IMG/VR virus record: IMGVR_UViG_3300009163_000041
Coordinates: 1-56,051 of that record
DNA length: 56,051 nucleotides
From: a virus
Taxonomy: Duplodnaviria > Caudoviricetes
Direction: 5' to 3' (one strand)
The notes under the pieces are model-generated. The model was given only the letters and a program-made list of their open reading frames with translations. It did no database searches and was not told where the DNA came from. Positions 1 to 8,804 of the stretch are shown one piece after another. Each line of letters begins with the position of its first letter. Position 1 is the stretch's first letter. The position numbers and the translations under genes were made by a program.

Positions 1-14
1 GGGCTTCGCCAACC
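1..14. repeat. Left copy of 14-bp terminal direct repeat GGGCTTCGCCAACC
   Basis: Identical to 56038-56051. Confidence 0.95.
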
Positions 15-38
15 TGTAAACATTTCTAAAAGTAAAAG

Positions 39-494
39 TTATCTAAGTTGCAGGGCTATCCTTCTCCTCATGCGAGCCAGTCTGGATTGCTTTCTAATTA
101 TGATTTTCTTGTTATTCTTAGACTTAACCAGTCCTGCTAGTGCCAGATGATAGTATATAGTGTTGTGATCCTTCTTGAGTATCCTGCTGATGCCTACTCC
201 AGATACGCCTCGCTTGTATAGCTCGCATATAACTTCTCCTCTAAGTTTGCTGGTACTCTCGTCTCTCTTTGTAGATAGTATCAATGTAAACTGTTCTTTA
301 CTTAGCCAGTTCTTTAGGTAGTCGTGAGCCATATCTTCTGGTGTCTTGAACTTTGCCTTGGGCGTTATTACCCCTGTACCTGTTGCCATGCCCTGTGCCA
401 GCCTTTGCAATACTGCTCCCATCTTGTTTAGCTCTATCTCTAATAGGGCTACTCTTTGAGTAATTACTGCTACTCCATTCATTGATTCATTCAT
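39..494 (-). CDS. HTH DNA-binding protein (DnaA C-terminal/TrpR-like HTH)
   Basis: RGVSGVGISRILKKDHNTIYYHL resembles S..IGR...RDHTTV helix-turn-helix; basic C-terminus. Confidence 0.55.
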   Translation of the reverse strand: MNESMNGVAVITQRVALLEIELNKMGAVLQRLAQGMATGTGVITPKAKFKTPEDMAHDYLKNWLSKEQFTLILSTKRDESTSKLRGEVICELYKRGVSGVGISRILKKDHNTIYYHLALAGLVKSKNNKKIIIRKQSRLARMRRRIALQLR

Positions 495-1003
495 TGTCCT
501 TCCCCCTTTGCCATGTTGTTGAATGCTACCTGTATAGTATCTGGTGCTGGCAATGCCAGCATACAGCTTCCATATAGGTAAGTCTCGCCTGTGTAATAAT
601 GTGGGAATATTGTTCCCCTATCTTTCTCTTTCTTAACATCTACCTCTTTTAGTCCTGCCTTTGTAAGCTCTAGGATCTGCTCGTTAAATGGTGCGTTCTG
701 TAGTCCTGCGTAGTGGATGCACTGCTCTTGTTCAAGCGTTCCCAATCTCGCCTTGTTTTCATCCCAGAATTCAAACTGCTTTAGCTCTGGGCATAGGGCT
801 ACTAACTTCTTCCAGTTCTTTCCCTTGTCTGTCATATAGTAGTAGTCACCACAAGTTTCATCCTCAAATACTGCGTGTTCGTTTTCTCTCTTGTTCTTTG
901 TCTTGATCCCCCAGATTCCAGCTATGGAAATGTATGCATCTACCATTGATGCACCAGCCAAGAGGAACTCGTCTCCTACTGTTCTCCAGATTGTGAAGTT
1001 CAT
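491..1003 (-). CDS. Hypothetical protein
   Basis: 170-aa ORF, ATGA-coupled to neighbours. Confidence 0.7.
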   Translation of the reverse strand: MNFTIWRTVGDEFLLAGASMVDAYISIAGIWGIKTKNKRENEHAVFEDETCGDYYYMTDKGKNWKKLVALCPELKQFEFWDENKARLGTLEQEQCIHYAGLQNAPFNEQILELTKAGLKEVDVKKEKDRGTIFPHYYTGETYLYGSCMLALPAPDTIQVAFNNMAKGEGQ

Positions 1004-1257
1004 AGGTCTTCTAGGATGCTGATGAACTTAGGCGTTACAGCTCTCCCAGTTTTCTCAAGAAACTTATCCATATGCTCCAGCCCACCCTTAATTATTTTCT
1101 TGGATGTATGATCGTAGCTAGGCCAATGCTGTTTGATCCCTGTCCTCATAAGCTGGCGCATGTAGGCCAACTGTTCCTCGTTGGCGAATAGCACCACTGC
1201 GTCTCTTGGGGTTTTCGTCTGCTTGTAGTTATATACTGATCTGAGTATTGCTGGCAT
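1000..1257 (-). CDS. Hypothetical protein
   Basis: AGGAGG RBS upstream; coupled to next ORF. Confidence 0.7.
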   Translation of the reverse strand: MPAILRSVYNYKQTKTPRDAVVLFANEEQLAYMRQLMRTGIKQHWPSYDHTSKKIIKGGLEHMDKFLEKTGRAVTPKFISILEDL

Positions 1258-1269
1258 TGTGATTCCTCC

Positions 1270-1383
1270 TTATATTTTCTGTATTGCTAAGTGGTAGAAC
1301 CATATAATCAAGGCGATTGGATACAACCACCAAGGCATGTTGTGTGCGTGAATAATTAGACATGCGATAAAAAGCGTCATCAT
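1270..1383 (-). CDS. Small hydrophobic protein (37 aa)
   Basis: Read by hand: MMTLFIACLIIHAHNMPWWLYPIALIIWFYHLAIQKI; fills the gap between flanking genes. Confidence 0.55.
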   Translation of the reverse strand: MMTLFIACLIIHAHNMPWWLYPIALIIWFYHLAIQKI

Positions 1384-2814
1384 CTATCCCTCCAAATTAA
1401 ATGTCGGCTGATTGATTTCTTCCTCAAATTTCTTCAAGTCATGCTTGGTTGGAATTTTTGAGGGTCTGCGTTGTATCATTTCGTCTGGATTATGGCAAGC
1501 GGAAACGAATGTTGTGTGTTCTGAATTGTGAATATCTTTTATCCCATGATCACGCATCAGTTCGATTCTGGTCTTGTTCCACGCCCTACTGCACTGTCTG
1601 CCGTAGTCTGTGATGTTTTTGTTGATCAAATCGCTCTTGGTAATTTTCCCATACTCATTGATTGCCTCAAGTACGCTCTGTGTCTTGGGAGTCTTTTTAT
1701 CCGTTACCAGCGAGTAGAACGCCTCTGAGAGTTGCTTTGCCTGTATCTTCCAAGTGAATTTCTCCTCTACGATTTGCCTGTTTAAATCGCCCCACAGCTT
1801 CAATTCATCGACTTGGCAGTTCTGGAGATAGTCCAGTTTCTTTAAAAAATCCTCTTTGCTGTTAAACAGGAATGGGTAATTCTTGTGGAACATTTCTGGA
1901 AATGCGTTCTTATTTGGAGCCAGCACGACCTTGCCACAGGCCATCATATCCAGCACAGACATCGACCACATGGAGTATCCGACATGGTAGGAGATCCCGA
2001 ATCGAATCGTGGATAGGAATTGGTAGTAATTGTCATGGCTCTCGAATGATTTCACCAAAAGCTTTTCGTGGTTTTCAACATTCGCTCCGTTGATATTGCT
2101 CACCCATAGTTTTCCTTTGATGTGAGGAAAGATGAAGGATGCCATGTCCTCGAATCTGCTTTCAGCCGATACCCTGTGCGGAAAACCTATCAAATCGTTG
2201 TTTATTTCGCTTTTGTGGGCTGGAATGGAGGTCTTGGGGGTGATGACCCTAGCCTTGCTGTAATCGAGCGTATATTCGCCCAATAGCTCATTTTTCATGT
2301 ACTTCAGCATGTGATCAGACTGTACGCCGATCATATGGCTGTTTTCCCACCCATCCAGAAGTCTAAGAATGTAGGATGGCTCGTAGCCCTTGCTGTCCTT
2401 GTAATCCAACCAGTTAATGTAGGAAAATACTGGGATCTCCTCCCTGCGCTTGTTCGCAAAGGCTCGCAAGGCTCCTGCATGCTCTGGGAGCATCGTCCAG
2501 ATCAGATCAATATCATGCCTGTAGGTATTAAAGTATTCGGAAATTGCGTTTGTGTCGAAGTGGAACCGTGAATTCAGAGCATCATTCACATATGGATACT
2601 TAACCAGTGTCACATTGTTTGGCTTGTTCGGCCAGCAGTGATAGTTCTCTGGTGGAACCAGTACAAAGAAATGCCAATCCTCCACCTCGTTCAGCGCAAG
2701 GATTGAGTTTTTGACAAAGATGAATCCGCTGTCTGCGCTCAGATTGAACTTGTGCGTTACCTTATCCACATTGGATGGATTTAGGTAGATCAAAACCCGA
2801 AGGTTTAACTTCAC
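1384..2814 (-). CDS. GT-B fold (GT4-like) glycosyltransferase with C-terminal extension
   Basis: WSMSVLDMMACGKVVLAPNKNAFPEM and FTWK match the GT4 C-terminal nucleotide-sugar binding region. Confidence 0.75.
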   Translation of the reverse strand: MKLNLRVLIYLNPSNVDKVTHKFNLSADSGFIFVKNSILALNEVEDWHFFVLVPPENYHCWPNKPNNVTLVKYPYVNDALNSRFHFDTNAISEYFNTYRHDIDLIWTMLPEHAGALRAFANKRREEIPVFSYINWLDYKDSKGYEPSYILRLLDGWENSHMIGVQSDHMLKYMKNELLGEYTLDYSKARVITPKTSIPAHKSEINNDLIGFPHRVSAESRFEDMASFIFPHIKGKLWVSNINGANVENHEKLLVKSFESHDNYYQFLSTIRFGISYHVGYSMWSMSVLDMMACGKVVLAPNKNAFPEMFHKNYPFLFNSKEDFLKKLDYLQNCQVDELKLWGDLNRQIVEEKFTWKIQAKQLSEAFYSLVTDKKTPKTQSVLEAINEYGKITKSDLINKNITDYGRQCSRAWNKTRIELMRDHGIKDIHNSEHTTFVSACHNPDEMIQRRPSKIPTKHDLKKFEEEINQPTFNLEG

Positions 2815-3054
2815 TTATACAATCTCTGATTCTTTTTCGATCAATACGGTAAGCTCTACCTTGCCACTTGTTCCCCGAATATTCATCACAAATGGGAGCA
2901 TTTCGTGTAGGAATTTGTGCTTCCTGTTGGCTGTGATCCTCGCTCGCTCGACAACTGCCTTGCGAAGTTCGTCTGGAAGCTCGCCTATCCTCTTTACTGG
3001 ATGCTGTGCCGTGTTGCACAGGTTTACAAAGTCTTTTCTGCTTATGTTTCTCAT
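2815..3054 (-). CDS. Hypothetical protein
   Basis: Abuts GT start; ATGA overlap with upstream ORF. Confidence 0.55.
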   Translation of the reverse strand: MRNISRKDFVNLCNTAQHPVKRIGELPDELRKAVVERARITANRKHKFLHEMLPFVMNIRGTSGKVELTVLIEKESEIV

Positions 3055-3347
3055 ACCATTTGCTCCAATTCTTCCATTCTTTCCTGCTCTTGCTCGGTTA
3101 ATGGTTCAAGCTCTCTGAATCTTTCGACTTTGAATCCCCTTTCCCTGTGGGGAGGAATCTCGCTAACTGGATTAACAAGTTCAGCAAGTGTAACAGCGAT
3201 CTCACCAGCTTCTCCATTCAACCCGACCCCAACTTCCACATCTCGAACCGTGTACACCTTGTCTTTTAAAGGTAGATTCGTGTAGTAAATCAGAATCTCT
3301 GTGGGGAACCTGTCGTCCACGCATATTACTTTTGTACCACTTACCAT
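3051..3347 (-). CDS. Hypothetical protein (SH3-like, KVICVDD...YTVR...RFR)
   Basis: Phage-like small domain pattern. Confidence 0.6.
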   Translation of the reverse strand: MVSGTKVICVDDRFPTEILIYYTNLPLKDKVYTVRDVEVGVGLNGEAGEIAVTLAELVNPVSEIPPHRERGFKVERFRELEPLTEQEQERMEELEQMV

Positions 3348-3370
3348 TTAATGTCTCATGGGAATCTGGT

Positions 3371-3703
3371 TTATGTATATTCTTCCATTGAAAGGGCATC
3401 GAGTGCCATCTTGCCAACCTTGGAGTCCACATCTGCTAAGACTTTAAGTGTGTCCTTTAGCCGTTTGTTTGATGCCTCAAGATGCATGACTCTGAAGTAA
3501 AGGGCTTCGTTTCTTTCCCGCATCTGCTCCAGTCCAGTTTTTAGCACCTCTGCCACTGCATTTTCCTTGGGCTGGATGTTCGTTACGCTGTCCGTAAGGC
3601 TCATGCGATAACACATAGCATCTCCGAAACAGGTTTGACAATCCTTTTTTTCGTCCTGTTTTCTGTCGATATATTCAATGATGGCTGGTGCGTCGATAAG
3701 CAT
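3371..3703 (-). CDS. Hypothetical coiled-coil protein with CxxC
   Basis: AGGAG RBS; 110 aa. Confidence 0.65.
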   Translation of the reverse strand: MLIDAPAIIEYIDRKQDEKKDCQTCFGDAMCYRMSLTDSVTNIQPKENAVAEVLKTGLEQMRERNEALYFRVMHLEASNKRLKDTLKVLADVDSKVGKMALDALSMEEYT

Positions 3704-3811
3704 AGTTTTCTCCTTTTTGGTTTTGGGGTGCGAGTCTCAGATATTGTCAAACAGATCTCATCCGTCCACCAAAAAGAAAAATATTATTCACAGGGGTTGA
3801 TTCGAATAGCA

Positions 3812-4132
3812 CTAGGCATCTACCAAGGCATCTTCGATTTCGCTTCGGATATTCTCAACCTCTTCTGCATCATAATACTCGCCGTCGATTTCTTCCGAGA
3901 TAGACTCATTCCTAATCTCAGAGTCGATCCAGTCCACCTTACCGCAACGAAAATCAGTAGGGGATAGTTCCTCTACGATCCGAGACGGTGAGTAGCGAGA
4001 GTCTCCAATTTTGACTTCTGGATAGATCTCATCCAAGAAGTCCCTGTAGCGTTGCTCTGTATCAATCGGATCTAACTCTGCTTTGACTCGTTTTTCCAGT
4101 TCAGCTTGTACTTTTTTTTCTGTGTTGTTCAT
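3812..4132 (-). CDS. Early-region acidic hypothetical protein
   Basis: GAGGA RBS, MNN start. Confidence 0.75.
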   Translation of the reverse strand: MNNTEKKVQAELEKRVKAELDPIDTEQRYRDFLDEIYPEVKIGDSRYSPSRIVEELSPTDFRCGKVDWIDSEIRNESISEEIDGEYYDAEEVENIRSEIEDALVDA

Positions 4133-4149
4133 GGTTTTATTCCTCTTTG

Positions 4150-4317
4150 TTAGGCTGTTACCAGCCCTGCTTCGATGAATACCTTGGCCGTCCGACCATA
4201 GCTACCCTGTAGCGACCAAGCCAGTCCAGTGCTTACTAGGTACTGAAATAGTTCGATCACTCCAGCTTCATCCAATTCTCCGTTCTCGTAGGCTAGGATT
4301 TGATTGATGTTGTTCAT
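4150..4317 (-). CDS. Small early protein (55 aa)
   Basis: Read by hand: MNNINQILAYENGELDEAGVIELFQYLVSTGLAWSLQGSYGRTAKVFIEAGLVTA; GGAGGT RBS. Confidence 0.75.
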   Translation of the reverse strand: MNNINQILAYENGELDEAGVIELFQYLVSTGLAWSLQGSYGRTAKVFIEAGLVTA

Positions 4318-4568
4318 GCTACTACCTCCTTTTTTTTGATTTTGAAAAGATCGAATACAAAGGTTTCGAATTGATCAACATTACCGAATTTGCATCGATA
4401 CCTGTAATCACTTGTTCCCCTGTCGTATGCTTCCAGAAGTATCGACTCGTCTAATTCAACTGAAACCCAATATTGCGAGCCTTTCCGATTCGTATACAGT
4501 GATGATGGGGTAGCTTTTGAAAAACCGAGCGATTTGATGCGATTCACGATGTTTTCTGTGTTGTTCAT
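4314..4568 (-). CDS. Early hypothetical protein
   Basis: Start reassigned to MNNTEN after GAAAGGA RBS. Confidence 0.7.
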   Translation of the reverse strand: MNNTENIVNRIKSLGFSKATPSSLYTNRKGSQYWVSVELDESILLEAYDRGTSDYRYRCKFGNVDQFETFVFDLFKIKKKEVVA

Positions 4569-4588
4569 GGTTGGTTTCCTTTCTGAGC

Positions 4589-4798
4589 TTATATTTTGGC
4601 AAGTATTTCTGTTAAGGCTTGGGCATATCCTTTGGCGTGACCAAGTTTCTCGCCTTGGTAACAAGATCCAGCATCTTGAGCGTTCTTTTCTAGTTGAGGG
4701 ATTTGTGCCTCTGCCTCTGCCTTGTATTGCTGAATAAGTTTTTTAAGTTCTTCTGTTTTCACTTTCTGGCCTCCTTGGTTGATGGTTTGTTCATTCAT
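4589..4798 (-). CDS. Early hypothetical protein (alternative GTG start at 4762)
   Basis: GGAGG precedes GTG 4762; downstream of promoter 4809-4837. Confidence 0.65.
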   Translation of the reverse strand: MNEQTINQGGQKVKTEELKKLIQQYKAEAEAQIPQLEKNAQDAGSCYQGEKLGHAKGYAQALTEILAKI

Positions 4799-4808
4799 TA
4801 CGCATGAG

Positions 4809-4837
4809 AGTCTATACTATGCTAACCAGCTTTGCAA
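4809..4837 (-). promoter_or_regulatory. Early sigma70-type promoter with palindrome
   Basis: TTGCAA-17-TAGACT; TGCTAA-CCAGC-TTTGCA at 4820-4836; A-rich UP element. Confidence 0.8.
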
Positions 4838-4840
4838 GCT

Positions 4841-5038
4841 TTATTTTTGACTTTTTTTAACTTTCTTTTTAGGCACTTCTTCGAGGAGCTTTCGGTACTG
4901 ATAGGAGTCCAGCCCCTTGTAGGATACCTTGCGGATCTCCTCCAGCACTGCTCTGGGATCTTTTGCCTTCAGTCCCTCATCTGCCTTTGATGCGATCAAA
5001 AGCAGTGTTTTGAAGTAGCTTTCTTTTGAGTTGTTCAT
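4841..5038 (-). CDS. Early hypothetical protein
   Basis: MNN start, 65 aa. Confidence 0.65.
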   Translation of the reverse strand: MNNSKESYFKTLLLIASKADEGLKAKDPRAVLEEIRKVSYKGLDSYQYRKLLEEVPKKKVKKSQK

Positions 5039-5040
5039 TA

Positions 5041-5235
5041 TTAAACTCCGATGAATTCCCGATAGTCGATGAAAAGATCGTCCGAGTAGCTGTACACATG
5101 GTCAGTGCGATCCTTTAGGTTTTTTACGAACAGATACCGTTTCCCAGCCTTGATGAATGGAACCTCTCCATATGGCCGATAGAACGGATAGCTGTTGAAG
5201 TTGTGGTCTGGTTGATGGGGATTTTCGTTGTTCAT
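5041..5235 (-). CDS. Early hypothetical protein
   Basis: GAGGA RBS, MNN start. Confidence 0.7.
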   Translation of the reverse strand: MNNENPHQPDHNFNSYPFYRPYGEVPFIKAGKRYLFVKNLKDRTDHVYSYSDDLFIDYREFIGV

Positions 5236-5259
5236 GTTTTTTCCTCTCTTTCTATAAGC

Positions 5260-5288
5260 ACTCTACTAGATCCAAAGCCGTTTGGCAA
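5260..5288 (-). promoter_or_regulatory. Early sigma70-type promoter with palindrome
   Basis: TTGCCA-17-TAGAGT; TCCAAA-GCCGT-TTGGCA. Confidence 0.85.
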
Positions 5289-5291
5289 GCT

Positions 5292-5642
5292 TTATTTTTG
5301 ATTATGTTTTACCAGCGATATGACCTTGGCTGGATACTCCCATAGGGTAAAGATTGCCGACCTATTCCTTGGATCGTTTATTAGTGACTCCAGCAGTGCC
5401 TCGACTGATTCCTTGTTTGGATTGTTTGCACAAACAGGCCCGAATTTAGAGGTAATCAAATAGTGCTTTTGACCATCCTCCTCTACAATTCCAAACTGGA
5501 ATTCAAGTGGCTCAAATGATCCATGCTTTTCCTTGTGATCTGCCCTAGCCCTCACCAGTTGAGGATCTATTTTTATGGATGGATCATGCTCCCAGCATCC
5601 CCAGTCCTTAGTTTGCCGTGTGGTTGTTTCTTTAATGATCAT
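5292..5642 (-). CDS. Hypothetical protein
   Basis: AGGAGG RBS. Confidence 0.7.
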   Translation of the reverse strand: MIIKETTTRQTKDWGCWEHDPSIKIDPQLVRARADHKEKHGSFEPLEFQFGIVEEDGQKHYLITSKFGPVCANNPNKESVEALLESLINDPRNRSAIFTLWEYPAKVISLVKHNQK

Positions 5643-5682
5643 TATTGCCTCCTTTTTGGCTTCAGAATGCCCCTAGAACTCG

Positions 5683-5922
5683 TCATGGTAGGACATACCG
5701 CCGTCCAATCGTTCCCGACTCAGTCAGAGCCAGAAAGGGCAATAAACGCCGAAACGCTGTGAATCGGAACCGTTTATCTTTCTTTCCTTTCTTGTCGTAG
5801 AGCCGAGTCTTGAACTTCTGCCCTCCGTCAGTGAATGTCTCAATGCAGGACTTGAAGTACCCGCCGTCAGACAGGATTCCAAGTGCCTCTTTCAGTTGTG
5901 ATGGTGCGATGGCTGTGTTCAT
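5683..5922 (-). CDS. Hypothetical protein
   Basis: AAGGAGGT RBS. Confidence 0.7.
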   Translation of the reverse strand: MNTAIAPSQLKEALGILSDGGYFKSCIETFTDGGQKFKTRLYDKKGKKDKRFRFTAFRRLLPFLALTESGTIGRRYVLP

Positions 5923-5932
5923 GTGACCTCCT

Positions 5933-6004
5933 TTATTTTGGTAGTGTTACTGCGAAGACAATCAGATTTCCCAATACAAAAAACAGGACGAATATAAGAT
6001 CCAT
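5933..6004 (-). CDS. 23-aa single-TM peptide
   Basis: MDLIFVLFFVLGNLIVFAVTLPK with GAAAGGAGGT RBS. Confidence 0.55.
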   Translation of the reverse strand: MDLIFVLFFVLGNLIVFAVTLPK

Positions 6005-6015
6005 AGACCTCCTTT

Positions 6016-6381
6016 CTACCAGTACTTCTGGCCTAGTAACGCCTCGTAGTCGTTGTTGATTCCAAGCGGAAGATGATCATCCTCTGGACGCTTGGCCTCG
6101 ATCTCCCTGCACTGATCCGAAGTGAATTGTGAACTTAGGGCGATGGTGGCGACTAACTCTCCCTCCTTGTAACTGCTGGTGATCGTGCTGTACTCGCCAT
6201 TCTCAAGCTCGACCCCAACATAGGCTTTCCCGCCCTCCTGCCGTCCAATCTTTACCGTCTCACCTCGAAAGGTGATCTTAACTACTTTGGAGAGTTGTCC
6301 GTAGGGATTGAGTGCCAGATCGCCGACCTTGAGACTCTCAACATAGTGCCGACTGGGTTTGAATCGCAGTGCGTAGTTCAT
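6016..6381 (-). CDS. Early hypothetical protein
   Basis: GGAGGT RBS; abuts upstream gene. Confidence 0.7.
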   Translation of the reverse strand: MNYALRFKPSRHYVESLKVGDLALNPYGQLSKVVKITFRGETVKIGRQEGGKAYVGVELENGEYSTITSSYKEGELVATIALSSQFTSDQCREIEAKRPEDDHLPLGINNDYEALLGQKYW

Positions 6382-6699
6382 TTATGCAACCTCCAATTGG
6401 CGGGGGAACTCGTAGCTACGGAAGGCATGCGCTTGGTAGGCGATCTCGCCAACTTGATCGCAATACACATCAGCGACCTCGCCCTTGATGGAGACTTTCC
6501 CAGCCCTGCTGAACACCCGACGAACCGTGTAGGTGTCGTTGCTGGCTAGATCCACAGTCACCGAGTATCCATTACTCACTGGAAGACTGATTCCAGTCTC
6601 ACGGCGAATCACCCGACCGCCAGAGATGGCGAGGATGTTTCTGATTCCGATCTGCGCTACCAAGGTTTGTGCGTCACAAGCTATGAATTGATTGTTCAC
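6382..6699 (-). CDS. Early hypothetical protein
   Basis: GTG start after GGAGGT (VNNQF...); ILAISGG...DLASNDTYTVRRV. Confidence 0.7.
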   Translation of the reverse strand: MNNQFIACDAQTLVAQIGIRNILAISGGRVIRRETGISLPVSNGYSVTVDLASNDTYTVRRVFSRAGKVSIKGEVADVYCDQVGEIAYQAHAFRSYEFPRQLEVA

Positions 6700-6741
6700 T
6701 TTGTTACCTCCGTTGTTGGTTGTTTCACTCATTACCCGATC

Positions 6742-6770
6742 ACTCTATTATATTCGAAGCGGTTTGGCAA
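6742..6770 (-). promoter_or_regulatory. Early sigma70-type promoter with palindrome
   Basis: TTGCCA-17-TAGAGT; TTCGAA-GCGGT-TTGGCA. Confidence 0.85.
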
Positions 6771-6779
6771 GCACTATTT

Positions 6780-7403
6780 TTAGTGACCCCAAGAACGATA
6801 ATGAGTACCGCCCTCATGCTTGTATAGGTTGCCATAGATCGGGGATTTGATGCTGTGGCTGGTCTTGCCGTTGTAGGATCGAATCACAAGATTTACCCGA
6901 TTGATTTCATCAGTCACGAACTTATCTTTGGCTGGGGCGCATTCATCAGAACACCAGCTAGTGTCACGAACTGATATTGAGCCAATCTGCCGAAGTTTTA
7001 AACTCCGATTGCCCACAGCTACAATCTGGTAGAACTCACGATTGGTCTGATCATAGCCCCAGCTTGAATAAAGAATATCGCCAACCTTGTAAGGATTAAC
7101 GAACTCTTCCCTAGCCTTGGCGTTTTCGCCAAGTCGCTGTTGCTTTGCATTGGCCTTAGAATCAATATTTGCCTTGATTGTGGCAACATGCGCTTCCGCT
7201 TGCTCAAGATTATGAGCAAAACAATACTTTCCAATAGAATGACGGAAACGACTAGGATACTTTTGCTTTAAGGCAATAAGCCGATCCGATATAATGTTAA
7301 TATAATATCGGGATCTGGATTGATCGCCCAAATCGGAAACTCGAATCTGGTATCCTTTGTAGTTTTCGTTGCTGACTTCTTGAGTTTTAATTTCGTTGTT
7401 CAT
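6780..7403 (-). CDS. Early phage protein (VGDILYSSWGYDQTN.FYQ motif)
   Basis: Motif familiar from uncharacterised phage/plasmid early proteins; GAGGA RBS. Confidence 0.75.
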   Translation of the reverse strand: MNNEIKTQEVSNENYKGYQIRVSDLGDQSRSRYYINIISDRLIALKQKYPSRFRHSIGKYCFAHNLEQAEAHVATIKANIDSKANAKQQRLGENAKAREEFVNPYKVGDILYSSWGYDQTNREFYQIVAVGNRSLKLRQIGSISVRDTSWCSDECAPAKDKFVTDEINRVNLVIRSYNGKTSHSIKSPIYGNLYKHEGGTHYRSWGH

Positions 7404-7437
7404 TTTGGGTTCCTCTCTTTCTTGGTTGTTTTATTTA

Positions 7438-7914
7438 TTACCCAATCACTTTATACAATTCGAAGCTGTTTGGCAAGCCTAATTCTTGGTTTACCAATTC
7501 CTTTTCCAAGCGGATCAAGATTTGGTCACGGATCTGTTGGAACGCATATGGGATGTGTCCGAGTTGATTGTGAATCGACTGAATTGCCTTTGCCGTTACC
7601 AAGTCCTCATGGTTTCCAAAGTGCTTGGCAAGAAGAACAGCGTTCTCCGTGTGTAGGTTATTTTCCTCATTCCGCTTGTGCTGTGCATGAATTGCGCTTG
7701 CTCCAGTCCTTGCCTTCGCCCTACTCTCTTGACGAATCCGAACCGCTACTGGATTGCTTTTGAGGTTGGCGATCAATGCCTTTGCCCAAGGATCAGATCC
7801 AGCCTTGATCTTGCCGTCGAGCAACTCCACCTCGGCAATATCGTTGGCTTCACAATTTGTAGATCCTTCGTTCTCCAGTTCCTGTACTCGCTGTGCGTAT
7901 GTTTTTTTGTTCAT
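7438..7914 (-). CDS. Early hypothetical protein
   Basis: GAGGA RBS; follows promoter 7941-7969. Confidence 0.7.
   Translation of the reverse strand: MNKKTYAQRVQELENEGSTNCEANDIAEVELLDGKIKAGSDPWAKALIANLKSNPVAVRIRQESRAKARTGASAIHAQHKRNEENNLHTENAVLLAKHFGNHEDLVTAKAIQSIHNQLGHIPYAFQQIRDQILIRLEKELVNQELGLPNSFELYKVIG
7448..7476 (-). promoter_or_regulatory. Early promoter embedded in 3' end of upstream gene
   Basis: TTGCCA-17-TAAAGT; TTCGAA-GCTGT-TTGGCA. Confidence 0.8.
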
Positions 7915-7940
7915 GGTCAGTTCCTCGCTTTCTTGGTTGT

Positions 7941-7969
7941 ACTCTATCAGATGCTAATCGGCTTGGCAA
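7941..7969 (-). promoter_or_regulatory. Early sigma70-type promoter with palindrome
   Basis: TTGCCA-17-TAGAGT; TGCTAA-TCGGC-TTGGCA. Confidence 0.85.
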
Positions 7970-7978
7970 GTATTATTT

Positions 7979-8260
7979 TTAGATGGATAGCGCATCGTTG
8001 GCTGTCCAGTCCTCAAATCGCAGTGCCTCCTGCTTGACTGCGCCGTTATCGGTCTGGGCGTTCACCTCGCCCCTCGTTCCCCAAGTGAATGACTCACTAT
8101 TGATGTCTGGGTCTAAGGATGGGAAGAAACGCCGTGCCTCAGATAGCGTTTTAAAGACAAACACCTTGAATTGTCCGAAGCGTCTTACAACTACTTGGAT
8201 GGGGAGTTTGTCCTGTTTGGCTAGTGATCTTAGCTCGTTTACTGATTTTTGGTTGTTCAT
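7979..8260 (-). CDS. Early hypothetical protein
   Basis: GAAAGGA RBS, MNNQ start. Confidence 0.7.
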   Translation of the reverse strand: MNNQKSVNELRSLAKQDKLPIQVVVRRFGQFKVFVFKTLSEARRFFPSLDPDINSESFTWGTRGEVNAQTDNGAVKQEALRFEDWTANDALSI

Positions 8261-8286
8261 GTTGGCGGTTCCTTTCTTTGTTAGGG

Positions 8287-8487
8287 TTAGAGCCAGCCGT
8301 TCAGTGCGTACCAGCTAATATCGCTTTTGATGAAAGCCAGTCTCTGCTTTGGATTTAGTCTGGTATTCCGACAGTGCCTGTATCCGTCTTTGTCGAAGTA
8401 GTAGTACGATCCGTTTTCTCCTTGATGTATCAACACCCCAAGAAACTCTGCGATGGGGTTTAGGATTTCGATTGCTTGGTTGTTCAT
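8287..8487 (-). CDS. Early hypothetical protein
   Basis: GAAAGGAG RBS, MNNQ start. Confidence 0.7.
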   Translation of the reverse strand: MNNQAIEILNPIAEFLGVLIHQGENGSYYYFDKDGYRHCRNTRLNPKQRLAFIKSDISWYALNGWL

Positions 8488-8507
8488 TGTTATGGCTCCT
8501 TTCTTGG

Positions 8508-8753
8508 TTAGTCTGTTACTAGTTTTGCACAGGCTCCACCGTCTGGTGAAAGCCCAAGCACAACAACTCCTTCATCTTCTAGTTTCTTTAAGGTCTTGTA
8601 GTGTATGTAAACTTCACTGCTTGGGATGGCTCCAGCGGTAAGTCTTCCGATGTTTTTACCAGCAACACACCATCCACCATTTAGCTCAAGAAACTTTTCA
8701 GCTTGCTCAAGCCTCAAGCGACTTTTTAGATTTTTGAATTGTGTTTCGAACAT
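8508..8753 (-). CDS. Early hypothetical protein
   Basis: Start moved to MFETQ, downstream of promoter 8776-8804. Confidence 0.65.
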   Translation of the reverse strand: MFETQFKNLKSRLRLEQAEKFLELNGGWCVAGKNIGRLTAGAIPSSEVYIHYKTLKKLEDEGVVVLGLSPDGGACAKLVTD

Positions 8754-8775
8754 TTTGTTTTTTCTTTCTACAAGC

Positions 8776-8804
8776 ACTCTACCATATGCCTACCAGCTTG
8801 GCAA
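8776..8804 (-). promoter_or_regulatory. Early sigma70-type promoter with palindrome
   Basis: TTGCCA-17-TAGAGT; TGCCTA-CCAGC-TTGGCA. Confidence 0.85.

Noticed and set aside
3745-3750. TTGACA upstream of 3371-3703 as another late motif
   Set aside because: 41 nt from the ATG, gene has a normal SD, and no -10 at 17 nt; ambiguous
4809-8804. Repeated ~30-bp units as a CRISPR array or integron attC sites
   Set aside because: Copies are degenerate, separated by whole genes and resolve into -35/17/-10 promoters; no cas or integrase gene
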